Positions 20,661 to 29,148 of a stretch of 64,000 nt of DNA are shown one piece after another (within the stretch, counting starts at the first letter, position 1; each line of letters begins with the position of its first letter). The position numbers were made by a program, and so were the translations under genes. Under the pieces are notes generated by a model, which was not told the origin of the DNA, made no database searches, and was given only the letters and a program-made list of their open reading frames with translations. This stretch comes from a virus (taxonomy: Duplodnaviria; Caudoviricetes). Where the stretch lies: IMG/VR virus record IMGVR_UViG_2974611114_000001, positions 40,330-104,329 of that record; one strand, given 5' to 3'.

Positions 20661-21011
20661 ATGGCTAAGAAACCACAAGCGAACGTAGAAGTTAAAGTAG
20701 ATGCTAAAGTTCTGGCAACGCAAAAACGCCGTGAACAGCGTATCGCACGCCATATGAAGAAGCATGAGAACGATGCCCAAACGGCTAATGCCCCTAAAGA
20801 GGGAGCTATCCGTAAAGCTCCTAAAGTTAAGGGTAACTTCCCTGCCAAAAAGCACTGGGTATATGATGCTACTGGTGCTAAAACAGAGTTTTCTTCTTCA
20901 TCTAAGGATGCCCCAAATAAAGAGATTTGGGAAATCTCTAAGGAAAATGCCTTAGAAGATCGCAAAAAGAAAGGAACACGTCGTGGAAAGAAATCTGGTA
21001 GCAAAGCATGA
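20661..21011 (+). CDS. basic T5-conserved hypothetical protein
   Basis: Lys/Arg-rich, RIARHMKKH motif, own promoter and RBS. Confidence 0.75.
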   Translation: MAKKPQANVEVKVDAKVLATQKRREQRIARHMKKHENDAQTANAPKEGAIRKAPKVKGNFPAKKHWVYDATGAKTEFSSSSKDAPNKEIWEISKENALEDRKKKGTRRGKKSGSKA

Positions 21012-21177
21012 CTTTAACAAGGGCGGTGCACACCGCTCTCTAAAAGACTATGCTAGAGAACGTCCCAATATTTTAGATTGTTGGGACGAGTATGAAGATA
21101 TGGTAGATGAAGCCTACCATTATGAGCTAGACAATAAAGTAGATCCTCTAGGGGATCTATCAAAGATTCTACTTTGA
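20983..21177 (+). CDS. small conserved hypothetical protein
   Basis: NLVAKHDFNKGGAH...KDY motif seen in T5-like phages. Confidence 0.6.
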   Translation: MERNLVAKHDFNKGGAHRSLKDYARERPNILDCWDEYEDMVDEAYHYELDNKVDPLGDLSKILL

Positions 21178-21207
21178 TAGATTTCTTACTTTAACTTAGG
21201 AGCAGTA

Positions 21208-21966
21208 ATGAAACAGTTAGCATTATTAGGTTTAGATATCGAAACGTTATCACGACCAAAGGAGGCAGCTTTAGATGGTAAGGTTGTAAACATGACATCT
21301 TTTGCATTTGTGTTAATGACACCACAAGGTGAGGTGGCTACACTATATGTACGTCTCCCAGCTAATTTACAAACACTTCGCGGATACCATGTAGATTTTA
21401 ATACACTGGAATGGTGGTTAGATAGTGAGATGATCTCCGAACCTGTGCGTGACGCACAAAGAGCAGGCTGGACACTAGAAGAACCTGTTGGTATGCTCAT
21501 GTATAACGGTACTATGGGGGATGTAGTGACTTTAACTACAGAAACCCATGATCTAGATTACCTTATAAATACCTTTATTAAGCAAGTATCTAAGGTTCGT
21601 AAGGAATATGGAAAGATTCATGCTGTAGGAAACGGACCGGACTTCGATATGGTTATCTACGAAGCCTTCATGGCATCCGAGTTCCCTAAACTTGATTGTA
21701 TGCCGTACCATTTTAGTGAGGTTGGTAGCTCTAGAACTCTAAAAGCGTTAGCACGAGCTAATATGGAAGAGTGTGAATACTTCGCTCTAGAAAAAGAAGC
21801 GGAGGCAGGTGCTAATTCAGCGGCTAGTTTCATTATGAGAGAGATGGCAATTAAAGTATCTTCTGATTTTATGGCTAAATTAGCATTTGTACCTAACTGG
21901 CACGACGCATTATTCGATAGCCTAAATGAAACAATCTTCAACCACTTAATTATTGAAAAATTGTAA
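21208..21966 (+). CDS. DEDDh 3'-5' exonuclease-like protein (Rv2179c/DUF5051-like)
   Basis: LDIETL, GNGPDFD, WHDALFD. Confidence 0.7.
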   Translation: MKQLALLGLDIETLSRPKEAALDGKVVNMTSFAFVLMTPQGEVATLYVRLPANLQTLRGYHVDFNTLEWWLDSEMISEPVRDAQRAGWTLEEPVGMLMYNGTMGDVVTLTTETHDLDYLINTFIKQVSKVRKEYGKIHAVGNGPDFDMVIYEAFMASEFPKLDCMPYHFSEVGSSRTLKALARANMEECEYFALEKEAEAGANSAASFIMREMAIKVSSDFMAKLAFVPNWHDALFDSLNETIFNHLIIEKL

Positions 21967-22030
21967 TTGACATAACGCTTAAATTAACGTATAATATCTT
22001 TATAAATTAAACAAACAGAGGAACTAAAAT

Positions 22031-22321
22031 ATGGAAGATTTAACCAAACAAGAAATCGAACAGGCAATGTCGGATATGTCAGTAGAGGAGCGAGCACACT
22101 TTGAACAGCACCTACAAAACTTAAAGGCATTAAAGCGCCGTACAGAACGAGCTATGCTGGGTAGTAAGCACCCAAAACAGCGCAGAACTGTAACTATCAC
22201 TCAAGTTAGTGATCGTTTTTCTGGGTTAACTAAAATTTATAAATTCTTAGCTCGTGCAGTTCCGTCAATTGATACAAGCAATACTACTATGTTGCGAGTT
22301 GCAGAGTCCTACGGACTATAA
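22031..22321 (+). CDS. hypothetical protein
   Basis: 96-aa ORF with promoter and GAGG RBS. Confidence 0.7.
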   Translation: MEDLTKQEIEQAMSDMSVEERAHFEQHLQNLKALKRRTERAMLGSKHPKQRRTVTITQVSDRFSGLTKIYKFLARAVPSIDTSNTTMLRVAESYGL

Positions 22322-22387
22322 ATTAGCATTAGGGGATTCTTTGGAGTCCCCTCTACTAAGGGAACACCTTTAGTAGAGGAGGGTATA

Positions 22388-22819
22388 ATGCTAACAACAA
22401 ATATGGCATTTCTTATAGGCACGCTACTACTTAATGCGCCTGGTCTAGTAAATGATGAAGTACATTGTTTAACAGAAAATATCTATTATGAAGCTAGGGC
22501 GGAACCGCTAGACGGACTATACGCGGTAGCAGAAGTAACCTATAATAGAGTACATAGTCCAGTCTTTAAAAAAGATACGGCATGTGGTGTTATTTATCAG
22601 CCATATCAATTTGCATGGACTAGGAGTAAGTATCCTATTAGAGAGCCAGCCATGTGGGAAAGATCACAAAAAGTAGCATTATCTTATTACTACTTTGGAA
22701 AGTGGGTAAAGCCAGTTGTACCAGAAGCACTCTTTTTCCATAGCGGTAAACCACTAGGATACCATAGTAGGCTGACCTATTTAAAACAGATAGGCGGGCA
22801 CAAATTTTACTCACTTTAA
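22388..22819 (+). CDS. SleB-like cell wall hydrolase (Hydrolase_2)
   Basis: CLTENIYYEARAE, NRV, VIYQPYQFAW, IGGHKFY. Confidence 0.9.
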   Translation: MLTTNMAFLIGTLLLNAPGLVNDEVHCLTENIYYEARAEPLDGLYAVAEVTYNRVHSPVFKKDTACGVIYQPYQFAWTRSKYPIREPAMWERSQKVALSYYYFGKWVKPVVPEALFFHSGKPLGYHSRLTYLKQIGGHKFYSL

Positions 22820-22831
22820 GGAGACATAAGT

Positions 22832-23677
22832 ATGTCTAAGGAAAAGCAATTCGCCCCTGTACCAGAGCAGGAAGATTTATATAGGGAGCTATCCAGAATT
22901 GTTGAGATATTTAAAGTATCTAAAGGCGAACTACGACCACATTTTATGTTATCTGGTGCATCAGGGTCAGGAAAATCATTTCTTATACAAGCACTGGCAT
23001 CCATAGCAAAAGTTGGTTTTCTTGAAATTAACGCAGCTCAGCTAACTAAAGAAGGCGTGTCTGGAAATAGCTTATCAAAGGCACTTAGTCCCCTTAGAGA
23101 GCGAGCTGGTAAACCTACAATAGTATTTGTTGATGAATTTGACAAACTGTTCATCTCTGGTAATACTAATAGTGAATTAGCCCATGAAAGTACTAATGGG
23201 GTTCAAAACGAGTTTCTAAAAATTCTAGAATCGGAAACTACTTCTGTATTTGGGGACTATGGCAAGTATGTAGAAGTTCCAACAAATAATGTTTTATATG
23301 TATTTGCAGGAGCATTCAATGGTGCCGAAAATCTGACGCTAGACAAGTTACGGGATATGGGAATTAAGACAGAGTTTCTAGGTCGTGTTGGGTTGATATA
23401 TAATACTACCAAAATATCGTTGTCTAGTATGTTAAACTTCTTAACAGAAAATACACTACTAGACAAATATTTGAGTATCTTTCCTGAAGTAGATAAGCAG
23501 GAAGTAATAGATACTTTAATCCCTATCGTTAAAGATCAGTATGAGGAAAATACTCTTGGTCTTAGAATGATAAACACCCTAATAACTAAATATTTTGTTA
23601 GTGAAGGTAAAATGACTCAGGGCAGTACTGATGAAGCCCCTGTATTACACCGAACACTTAAATTTGGAGCCAAATAA
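22832..23677 (+). CDS. ClpX/HslU-like AAA+ ATPase
   Basis: GASGSGKS, VFVDEFDKL, GVQNEFLKILE, FAGAF, EFLGRV, LGLR. Confidence 0.85.
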   Translation: MSKEKQFAPVPEQEDLYRELSRIVEIFKVSKGELRPHFMLSGASGSGKSFLIQALASIAKVGFLEINAAQLTKEGVSGNSLSKALSPLRERAGKPTIVFVDEFDKLFISGNTNSELAHESTNGVQNEFLKILESETTSVFGDYGKYVEVPTNNVLYVFAGAFNGAENLTLDKLRDMGIKTEFLGRVGLIYNTTKISLSSMLNFLTENTLLDKYLSIFPEVDKQEVIDTLIPIVKDQYEENTLGLRMINTLITKYFVSEGKMTQGSTDEAPVLHRTLKFGAK

Positions 23678-24099
23678 TGGAAGGTAATATGTTAGACTTT
23701 CTTCGGGCTGAAATTGCACAGGCACGATTAAAGAAAGATACTGAATGGGTCACAGTTGTATCTACTGCTGTATCTGAGCTACAGTATCAGTTTGGTGATT
23801 TTGTAACTAAAGATCAACTAATTAAATACGCAAAAGCTCAGATTAGCGCCCTAGAAAAGGCTAAATTAAAAGCTAAAGAGCGTAAAATTGATGCAGAGAT
23901 TAAAATGCCAGAACTTCAGCAAAAGTTATACGACATGATACTGCCACCACAGTTAACATACGATGATCTACTAGAAGTACTTGTTGACTCTACAGGTGAC
24001 ACGTTAGGAACGCATATGAAGTTCCTAAAAGAACACTATAATGGTCAGTATGATGGTAAGATCGCAAAACAAGCTATTCTGGACTTCATGAGCATCTAA
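23677..24099 (+). CDS. YqeY/GatB C-terminal-like protein
   Basis: LPPQLT...MKFLKEHYNGQYDGK; T5 synteny before the tRNA region. Confidence 0.8.
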   Translation: MEGNMLDFLRAEIAQARLKKDTEWVTVVSTAVSELQYQFGDFVTKDQLIKYAKAQISALEKAKLKAKERKIDAEIKMPELQQKLYDMILPPQLTYDDLLEVLVDSTGDTLGTHMKFLKEHYNGQYDGKIAKQAILDFMSI

Positions 24100-24149
24100 T
24101 TTAAAATTTTAGTTGCTAAATGCTAAAAACTTTGATATAATATTTATAT

Positions 24150-24890
24150 TAAATCGGAACACGGATTATTAATAATTCTAATAGTACGATTTCAGGGTAC
24201 AGCAGGCAGACTATGCTGGTAATATAAGTACATTGTGCTAATTACGAATAGAATCTGTGGGTTTCACTATCATAGTGTATAATTTGGCTCTTAACCACCC
24301 CGTAAACTCTACCCTTGCATTTTACTACGGTTTAATGCAGAAGAAAGTAAGTATCTTGGTACAAGAGGCGTAGACACAGGATCGCGGTGCAAATCCGTTA
24401 AGTTATCTGCATAAAAGAAGCAACGAAATCTACTCGTCTGGGTTCAACTCCCAGTAACAGATAATAAGGTACTAAGAGAAAACAACGAATAAGTATACTA
24501 GGTCGCGAACTACTATACTGAGTCCCTAATACTAAATTAGGAAATGTGGAGCTGATCACTTCCCATTTCGGGATATACTACCTCATGGGGCACCAATATT
24601 AATAGCGGAACCCATACGCTTCCTAGGCACGTAAGGGATAAGTCATGACACCCTGCCTATGATGGAATATTGGAGAAAGTGGTAGTGTAATCCCGAAATG
24701 GGTGTGTCGAACTCACTTATGTTGTAACCCTGTTAATATATGAGAGTGTTTACGGGAGTATATTAATAAGAACAAGATAACTGGGGCTTATATATTAAGC
24801 ATCGCTGGCACTACGAACAGTATCCAGGTCTGACCAGGAGACGCTGTTAATGAAGAAAGCCAAAACCCATTACTTAATTATCAGAGATAA
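24150..24890 (+). ncRNA. candidate ~740-nt highly structured non-coding RNA
   Basis: Promoter TTGCTA...TATAAT at 24113-24141, no ORF, several nested long-range helices and two T-loop-like hairpins. Confidence 0.65.
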
Positions 24891-24913
24891 CCTATTAATT
24901 CGGAGATAAAGCA

Positions 24914-25246
24914 ATGAATTGTCTAACAAATAGAGACGTTAGAGTAATACTAGAAACATTACCATTATACTTTAAAACAAGATTAGATAGCTCAGTGGAT
25001 TGTCATACTGAACTTGCAAAGGCTCTAGGGGAGTCCAGATTTGAAGCCAAAGCAAAGCTATATCAGTTCCTATACTCGTATAATGGAGTAGCCCAACTTT
25101 TATGGGTACGTAAACCTTACGTAGCGCTACATATTATGGCTACTGAATTATCCAATCTAAAAGGAACAACAATTAAAGAAGAGCTAGATCAGGCAGAAGT
25201 AAAGGCAGCTATAAAACTTAATATGCCAGAACGCTTCTGTCAGTAA
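24914..25246 (+). CDS. hypothetical protein
   Basis: 110-aa ORF with GGAG RBS. Confidence 0.7.
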   Translation: MNCLTNRDVRVILETLPLYFKTRLDSSVDCHTELAKALGESRFEAKAKLYQFLYSYNGVAQLLWVRKPYVALHIMATELSNLKGTTIKEELDQAEVKAAIKLNMPERFCQ

Positions 25247-25310
25247 AGTATTCCCTACTACCTTAGGGAACCGTAGAGCTGGGACATCTCTTTAATCTGT
25301 CCTACACTAT

Positions 25311-25386
25311 GCGCCCTTAGCTCAGTGGATAGAGCAATAGCCTTCTAAGCTATGGGTCGTAGGTTCGAATCCTACAGGGCGTACCA
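25311..25386 (+). tRNA. tRNA-Arg(TCT)
   Basis: Cloverleaf, ATAGC-CTTCTAA-GCTAT, GTTCGAATCC, CCA end. Confidence 0.95.
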
Positions 25387-25469
25387 TAAAACTTTATAAT
25401 TTTACTTGCTAAATGCTTACAATTATAATATAATATTTATTATAAAGTTTAAGGAAAAGAATAAATAAA

Positions 25470-25705
25470 AATCTACTTTTGGAGATAGTAAAAGTCACTG
25501 CGAAGTTACGGGTGTTTACAAGAGCACTGCGGGAGAGCCTAATAGTAATAGGGCAACCAATTCCACACCAGCTATGGTTCTCTGTATCTTAGGGCAGAGG
25601 GAATTCCTAACCGAAAGGTAACTATTCAGGGGGCGATCAGGTAAACTATACTATCTTAGTAGCTGGTTACTACTACGGGCAACTTGTAAGTCGCAAAAGT
25701 AGATT
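25470..25705 (+). ncRNA. candidate ~235-nt structured RNA
   Basis: Closing stem AATCTACTTTTG/CAAAAGTAGATT, internal ACCAGCTA/TAGCTGGT, GAAA tetraloop hairpin; follows a promoter. Confidence 0.6.
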
Positions 25706-25721
25706 CTTTATTTATTTTTAT

Positions 25722-25806
25722 GCAGGATTAGTCTAGCGGCAATGACAGGAGACTGTAAATCTCCGCCTCTCGGGGTTCCGTGGTTCGAGTCCACGATCCT
25801 GCACCA
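25722..25806 (+). tRNA. tRNA-Tyr(GTA)
   Basis: GGAGA-CTGTAAA-TCTCC, long variable arm, CCA. Confidence 0.93.
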
Positions 25807-25883
25807 ACTTGTAAGTCGGGGAATAACGTCCGCAATCAATGAAGTAATAATTTCATTCTGTGCACTCCCCGACAATGTATTAT

Positions 25884-25961
25884 ATCGTAGTGGACAAATT
25901 GGTAAAGTCACTACCCTTTCAAGGTAGATCTCTGGGGGTTCAAGTCCCCTCTACGATGCCA
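25884..25961 (+). tRNA. tRNA-Glu(TTC)
   Basis: CTACC-CTTTCAA-GGTAG, acceptor ATCGTAG/CTACGAT, CCA. Confidence 0.9.
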
Positions 25962-26126
25962 TTTTAGTAATACTTTAGTCGGTAGGGCTTTCAACAATTC
26001 ATATACTCTAAGTATTACTAGTAAATAAAGCAACAAGTACGCTCTTAGGTACACTTTATACGCGAATAAGGGTTAGTAGTAGCGTGTACAAACGAGTAGC
26101 CCTGAAACACCCAAAGTTGCTTTTAT

Positions 26127-26202
26127 ACTTCGATAGCTTAGTAGGTAGAGCACTCGGCTGATAACTGAGAGGTCACTGGTTCGATCCCAGTTCGAAGTAC
26201 CA
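26127..26202 (+). tRNA. tRNA-Ile(GAT)
   Basis: CTCGG-CTGATAA-CTGAG, CCA. Confidence 0.93.
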
Positions 26203-26225
26203 TTTTAACTTATCTAGGAGTTACT

Positions 26226-26573
26226 ATGTTAGATAATATATTTGCTGGAGACTTTAAAAACATTCGTGACGTGGAAAGTGAGTTCGAACTACCTACTGGT
26301 ATGTTAGAAGACATTACTATTATATACGCAGTATATAACCAACCACAGTATGAGGGGTACGCAGAAGTATACTTTAAAGATAATTTAACAGGTCTTTATT
26401 ATGAAGTTCACGGTAGTCACTGCTCATGCTACGGTCTAGAAAATCAATGGAGTCCGGAGCTTATTGGGGATAAAGACGCATTCCTAGCCTACGCCAATCG
26501 TGTAGAGGTTATGACAGCGCAAAAAGATTATTATTTTGAGGGACATGTTCCTTTAATACAAATTATAGGGTAG
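26226..26573 (+). CDS. conserved phage hypothetical protein
   Basis: YEGYA...YEVHGSHCSCYGLENQW motif; AGGAG RBS. Confidence 0.75.
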   Translation: MLDNIFAGDFKNIRDVESEFELPTGMLEDITIIYAVYNQPQYEGYAEVYFKDNLTGLYYEVHGSHCSCYGLENQWSPELIGDKDAFLAYANRVEVMTAQKDYYFEGHVPLIQIIG

Positions 26574-26652
26574 TTAGCCAAGCGGTTTGGCGGTGGACTG
26601 TTAATCCATGTTCGAAAGAACGACGCAGGTTCGAATCCTGCACTGCCCGCCA
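26568..26652 (+). tRNA. tRNA-Asn(GTT) with long variable arm
   Basis: GTGGA-CTGTTAA-TCCAT, variable stem GTTC-GAAA-GAAC, CCA. Confidence 0.9.
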
Positions 26653-26658
26653 GTTAAT

Positions 26659-26735
26659 TGCGAGTTAGAAGTTCTGGTGAACTCTCTGGTCTCATAAGCC
26701 AGCTTAGGTAGGTTCGATTCCTGCACTCGCTACCA
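26659..26735 (+). tRNA. tRNA-Met(CAT), initiator-like
   Basis: CTGGT-CTCATAA-GCCAG; unpaired 1:72 (T:T). Confidence 0.85.
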
Positions 26736-26752
26736 ATTACTGAGGTAACAGT

Positions 26753-27100
26753 ATGTTTCCACTATTATTATGGTTGGATGATTTAAGAGACCCAAAAGAC
26801 TTTACTGATACAGACGTATTTAAAAAGGTTATTTGGGCGAAAACCTTTAGCGAAGCACTATCAGCTTTAGATGGCTGTAGTGATAATATTACCCATATCT
26901 CACTAGATAATGACCTAGGCGAAGATAAGGAAGGGAATGATGTACTAAATTTTGTGGAAGAACTCCTTCATAGTGGAGAGTTGCCAAATCTAAGAGAAGT
27001 ATATGTACACTCCCACAACCCCTCCGCGGTTGACAAGATGATGTTAGCAAAGCAGAGTCTTAGTAACTACGGAGTATTATTAATACAAAATAAGGCTTAA
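26753..27100 (+). CDS. cyclic-phosphate processing receiver-like domain protein
   Basis: LWLDDLRDP, ISLDNDLG, VHSHNP motifs. Confidence 0.8.
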   Translation: MFPLLLWLDDLRDPKDFTDTDVFKKVIWAKTFSEALSALDGCSDNITHISLDNDLGEDKEGNDVLNFVEELLHSGELPNLREVYVHSHNPSAVDKMMLAKQSLSNYGVLLIQNKA

Positions 27101-27101
27101 T

Positions 27102-27494
27102 ATGTATCTTATAACAGACCACCCACTCTTAAAGCGTAAAGTAAGTAAAGTATACACGTCTAAAAAGACTGGTACTCAATTTGTCTATGATCAAGATAAC
27201 AAATCAGTGTCTATTAAGGATTTAATTGCTCTTGGAATAGATTTTAAATTGTCTGAAATCCGACCAACAACTACTACTAAGAGCAGTGCTAGGGTGAGCT
27301 CAAAGGTAGATGGTTTGATAGATAAGTTAGTCGATGCCTTAGTAGATGATTCAGGTAATGTTAAAGTTAACTCAAAGGTAGACGATTTGATAGACGATTT
27401 GGTCGATGCCTTAGTAGACGATTTGGTAGAAACAAAGACAACCCACAAACCAACGTTTTGGGAACGAATTAAAAAATTATTTAAGCGTGCGTAA
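27102..27494 (+). CDS. hypothetical protein with internal repeat
   Basis: SKVDxLIDxLVDALVDD occurs twice. Confidence 0.7.
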   Translation: MYLITDHPLLKRKVSKVYTSKKTGTQFVYDQDNKSVSIKDLIALGIDFKLSEIRPTTTTKSSARVSSKVDGLIDKLVDALVDDSGNVKVNSKVDDLIDDLVDALVDDLVETKTTHKPTFWERIKKLFKRA

Positions 27495-27560
27495 GATAGT
27501 GGCTATTCGGTCGGGCTTCCAACCCGTACAGCGAGGGTTCGAGTCCCTCCGCCCGCACCA
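27485..27560 (+). tRNA. tRNA-Gly(TCC)
   Basis: CGGG-CTTCCAA-CCCG, GTTCGAGTCC, CCA; one acceptor mismatch. Confidence 0.85.
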
Positions 27561-27576
27561 AATTTAAGGCAGTATT

Positions 27577-27789
27577 ATGCAGAAAAGTAGAGCTAAAATA
27601 TCACTGTTACGGATGCCAGTTATACTAGAGTCTCCTAATATTTTAGTCATGGAAATCCCTGAAAGAACAACTCGTAAGCAATTAGTTATTGTAGATAGGG
27701 AAGTATTTGATATAACACCTACTTTTGAGCAAGTACCTGTTAAGGAAGTGCTACTGCATACTTTTGATAGCTTATGCATTTTAGATTAA
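27577..27789 (+). CDS. hypothetical protein
   Basis: 70-aa ORF. Confidence 0.55.
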   Translation: MQKSRAKISLLRMPVILESPNILVMEIPERTTRKQLVIVDREVFDITPTFEQVPVKEVLLHTFDSLCILD

Positions 27790-27857
27790 AAATTTACTTG
27801 CCAAAACGCTAAATTTCAATTATAATATATCTATAAATTGAAATGAGGAAATAATAA

Positions 27858-28043
27858 ATGACTTTTAGACCCTATTCAGATGGTAGTTGTAATGTAGCAG
27901 TTCAAATAGGCGATGGTATTGTTGAGCATATTAAAGTACCAAAACCGGTATATGATTACATCTTACAGCTTGAAAACGCCGTTCGTGATGAAACTGGTTA
28001 TGTAAGGTCTAAATTGAAAGAAATTTATCCATCACGATTCTAA
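27858..28043 (+). CDS. hypothetical protein
   Basis: 61-aa ORF with promoter and GAGG RBS. Confidence 0.65.
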   Translation: MTFRPYSDGSCNVAVQIGDGIVEHIKVPKPVYDYILQLENAVRDETGYVRSKLKEIYPSRF

Positions 28044-28046
28044 TAA

Positions 28047-28123
28047 GCACCTATCGTCTAGTTCGGTTAGGACACTTGCCTTTCACGCAAGTAACATGGG
28101 TTCAAATCCCATTAGGTGTACCA
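28047..28123 (+). tRNA. tRNA-Glu(TTC), second copy
   Basis: CTTGC-CTTTCAC-GCAAG, CCA. Confidence 0.92.
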
Positions 28124-28129
28124 ACTTAC

Positions 28130-28208
28130 GGGGATTGGGAATGCTTGGGGTGTTCACCTCGCTTGCACCGAGGATATCAGGAGGGTTCGAATCCCTCAAT
28201 CTCCACCA
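28130..28208 (+). tRNA. tRNA-Ala(TGC)
   Basis: CCTCG-CTTGCAC-CGAGG, G3:U70 pair, CCA. Confidence 0.88.
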
Positions 28209-28226
28209 ATTAAAGAGTAGTTAGCT

Positions 28227-28478
28227 ATGATGAAATTATCGAGTTCAAAAGCTTTGGATAGCTTTCTCCTAAATAAAGGATACATATTCATAGGCAGAGC
28301 AGCTACATGTAGTGGCAAGACTTACTCAGTGTGGGCGTATCCCAATACAGATAATATAATGGAGAACGCTAGAACCTCCTGTGCTATTGAAGGGCACGCA
28401 CTTTCAGAATCTGAATTTGAAAAAGTAAAACACCTATCAGATAAATTGGAGGCATTAGATTGTGCACATACTTTTTAA
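28227..28478 (+). CDS. hypothetical protein
   Basis: 83-aa ORF. Confidence 0.55.
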   Translation: MMKLSSSKALDSFLLNKGYIFIGRAATCSGKTYSVWAYPNTDNIMENARTSCAIEGHALSESEFEKVKHLSDKLEALDCAHTF

Positions 28479-28819
28479 ACTGGATGGGTGTGGTTAATGT
28501 AGGGTGGTATGAAGATAATAACGTACCATTTACAGAGGTAGAAGTAGAGTCTACACTCACCCCTGGAACCTTCTATACAAAAAGGGAATATGCTACTTAT
28601 TATTGCTGTGGTAGAATAGACGTAGATGATGACACCACGTTTGGTAGTGAGATAAGCGTACCTGTAATGGACGCAGAATCCTGGAATTCGTTTAGTGATT
28701 TTTTATGGGATTTAGAAACAGAAAATCCTATCTATGATCTTAAAGAGCTAGAAAGGCTATACACCGAGTCTACTGGATTAAAGATCAACTGGTTTAAAGA
28801 ACAAACGTGTGTAGCATAG
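28460..28819 (+). CDS. hypothetical protein
   Basis: 119-aa acidic ORF. Confidence 0.6.
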   Translation: MCTYFLNWMGVVNVGWYEDNNVPFTEVEVESTLTPGTFYTKREYATYYCCGRIDVDDDTTFGSEISVPVMDAESWNSFSDFLWDLETENPIYDLKELERLYTESTGLKINWFKEQTCVA

Positions 28820-28961
28820 GATTAGTTACCCTATGTAAAGCATGACAGGGCTGAGTAGGCTTACTAGCAAGCTCCAGCCGACGCCTTAAGTGGCATGCTA
28901 GCCTCATTAAACAGTCTAACTAACTAAGTGGGAGAAGAGGGTAGCCCACCTTTAATTAACT

Positions 28962-29135
28962 TAGTTGATTAAAGTATGTGTGCAAGAACTAGAACCACCC
29001 GCCAAAAGAATGCGATTCTACATACTAGATTAGATGGGACTTGGTTTACCCTGAGGATTGGCGATCCAATATAGCATAAAAGTTCGATAGGTATATGCTA
29101 GTAATACCTACGGCACACATAGCTTTAATCAACTA
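28962..29135 (+). ncRNA. candidate ~175-nt structured RNA
   Basis: Long closing stem TAGTTGATTAAAG-TATGTGTGC / GCACACATA-G-CTTTAATCAACTA. Confidence 0.55.
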
Positions 29136-29148
29136 TAAGGAACCTACT

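Noticed and set aside
24150-24890. tmRNA or group I/II intron as the identity of the large RNA
   Set aside because: No Ala-type acceptor with CCA end, no interrupted gene, and no recognisable P7 or domain V motif by eye; a covariance-model search is still needed
25708-25927. ORFs overlapping tRNA-Tyr/Glu (also 32842-33027 and the 5' part of 35449-35727)
   Set aside because: They are translations of tRNA genes
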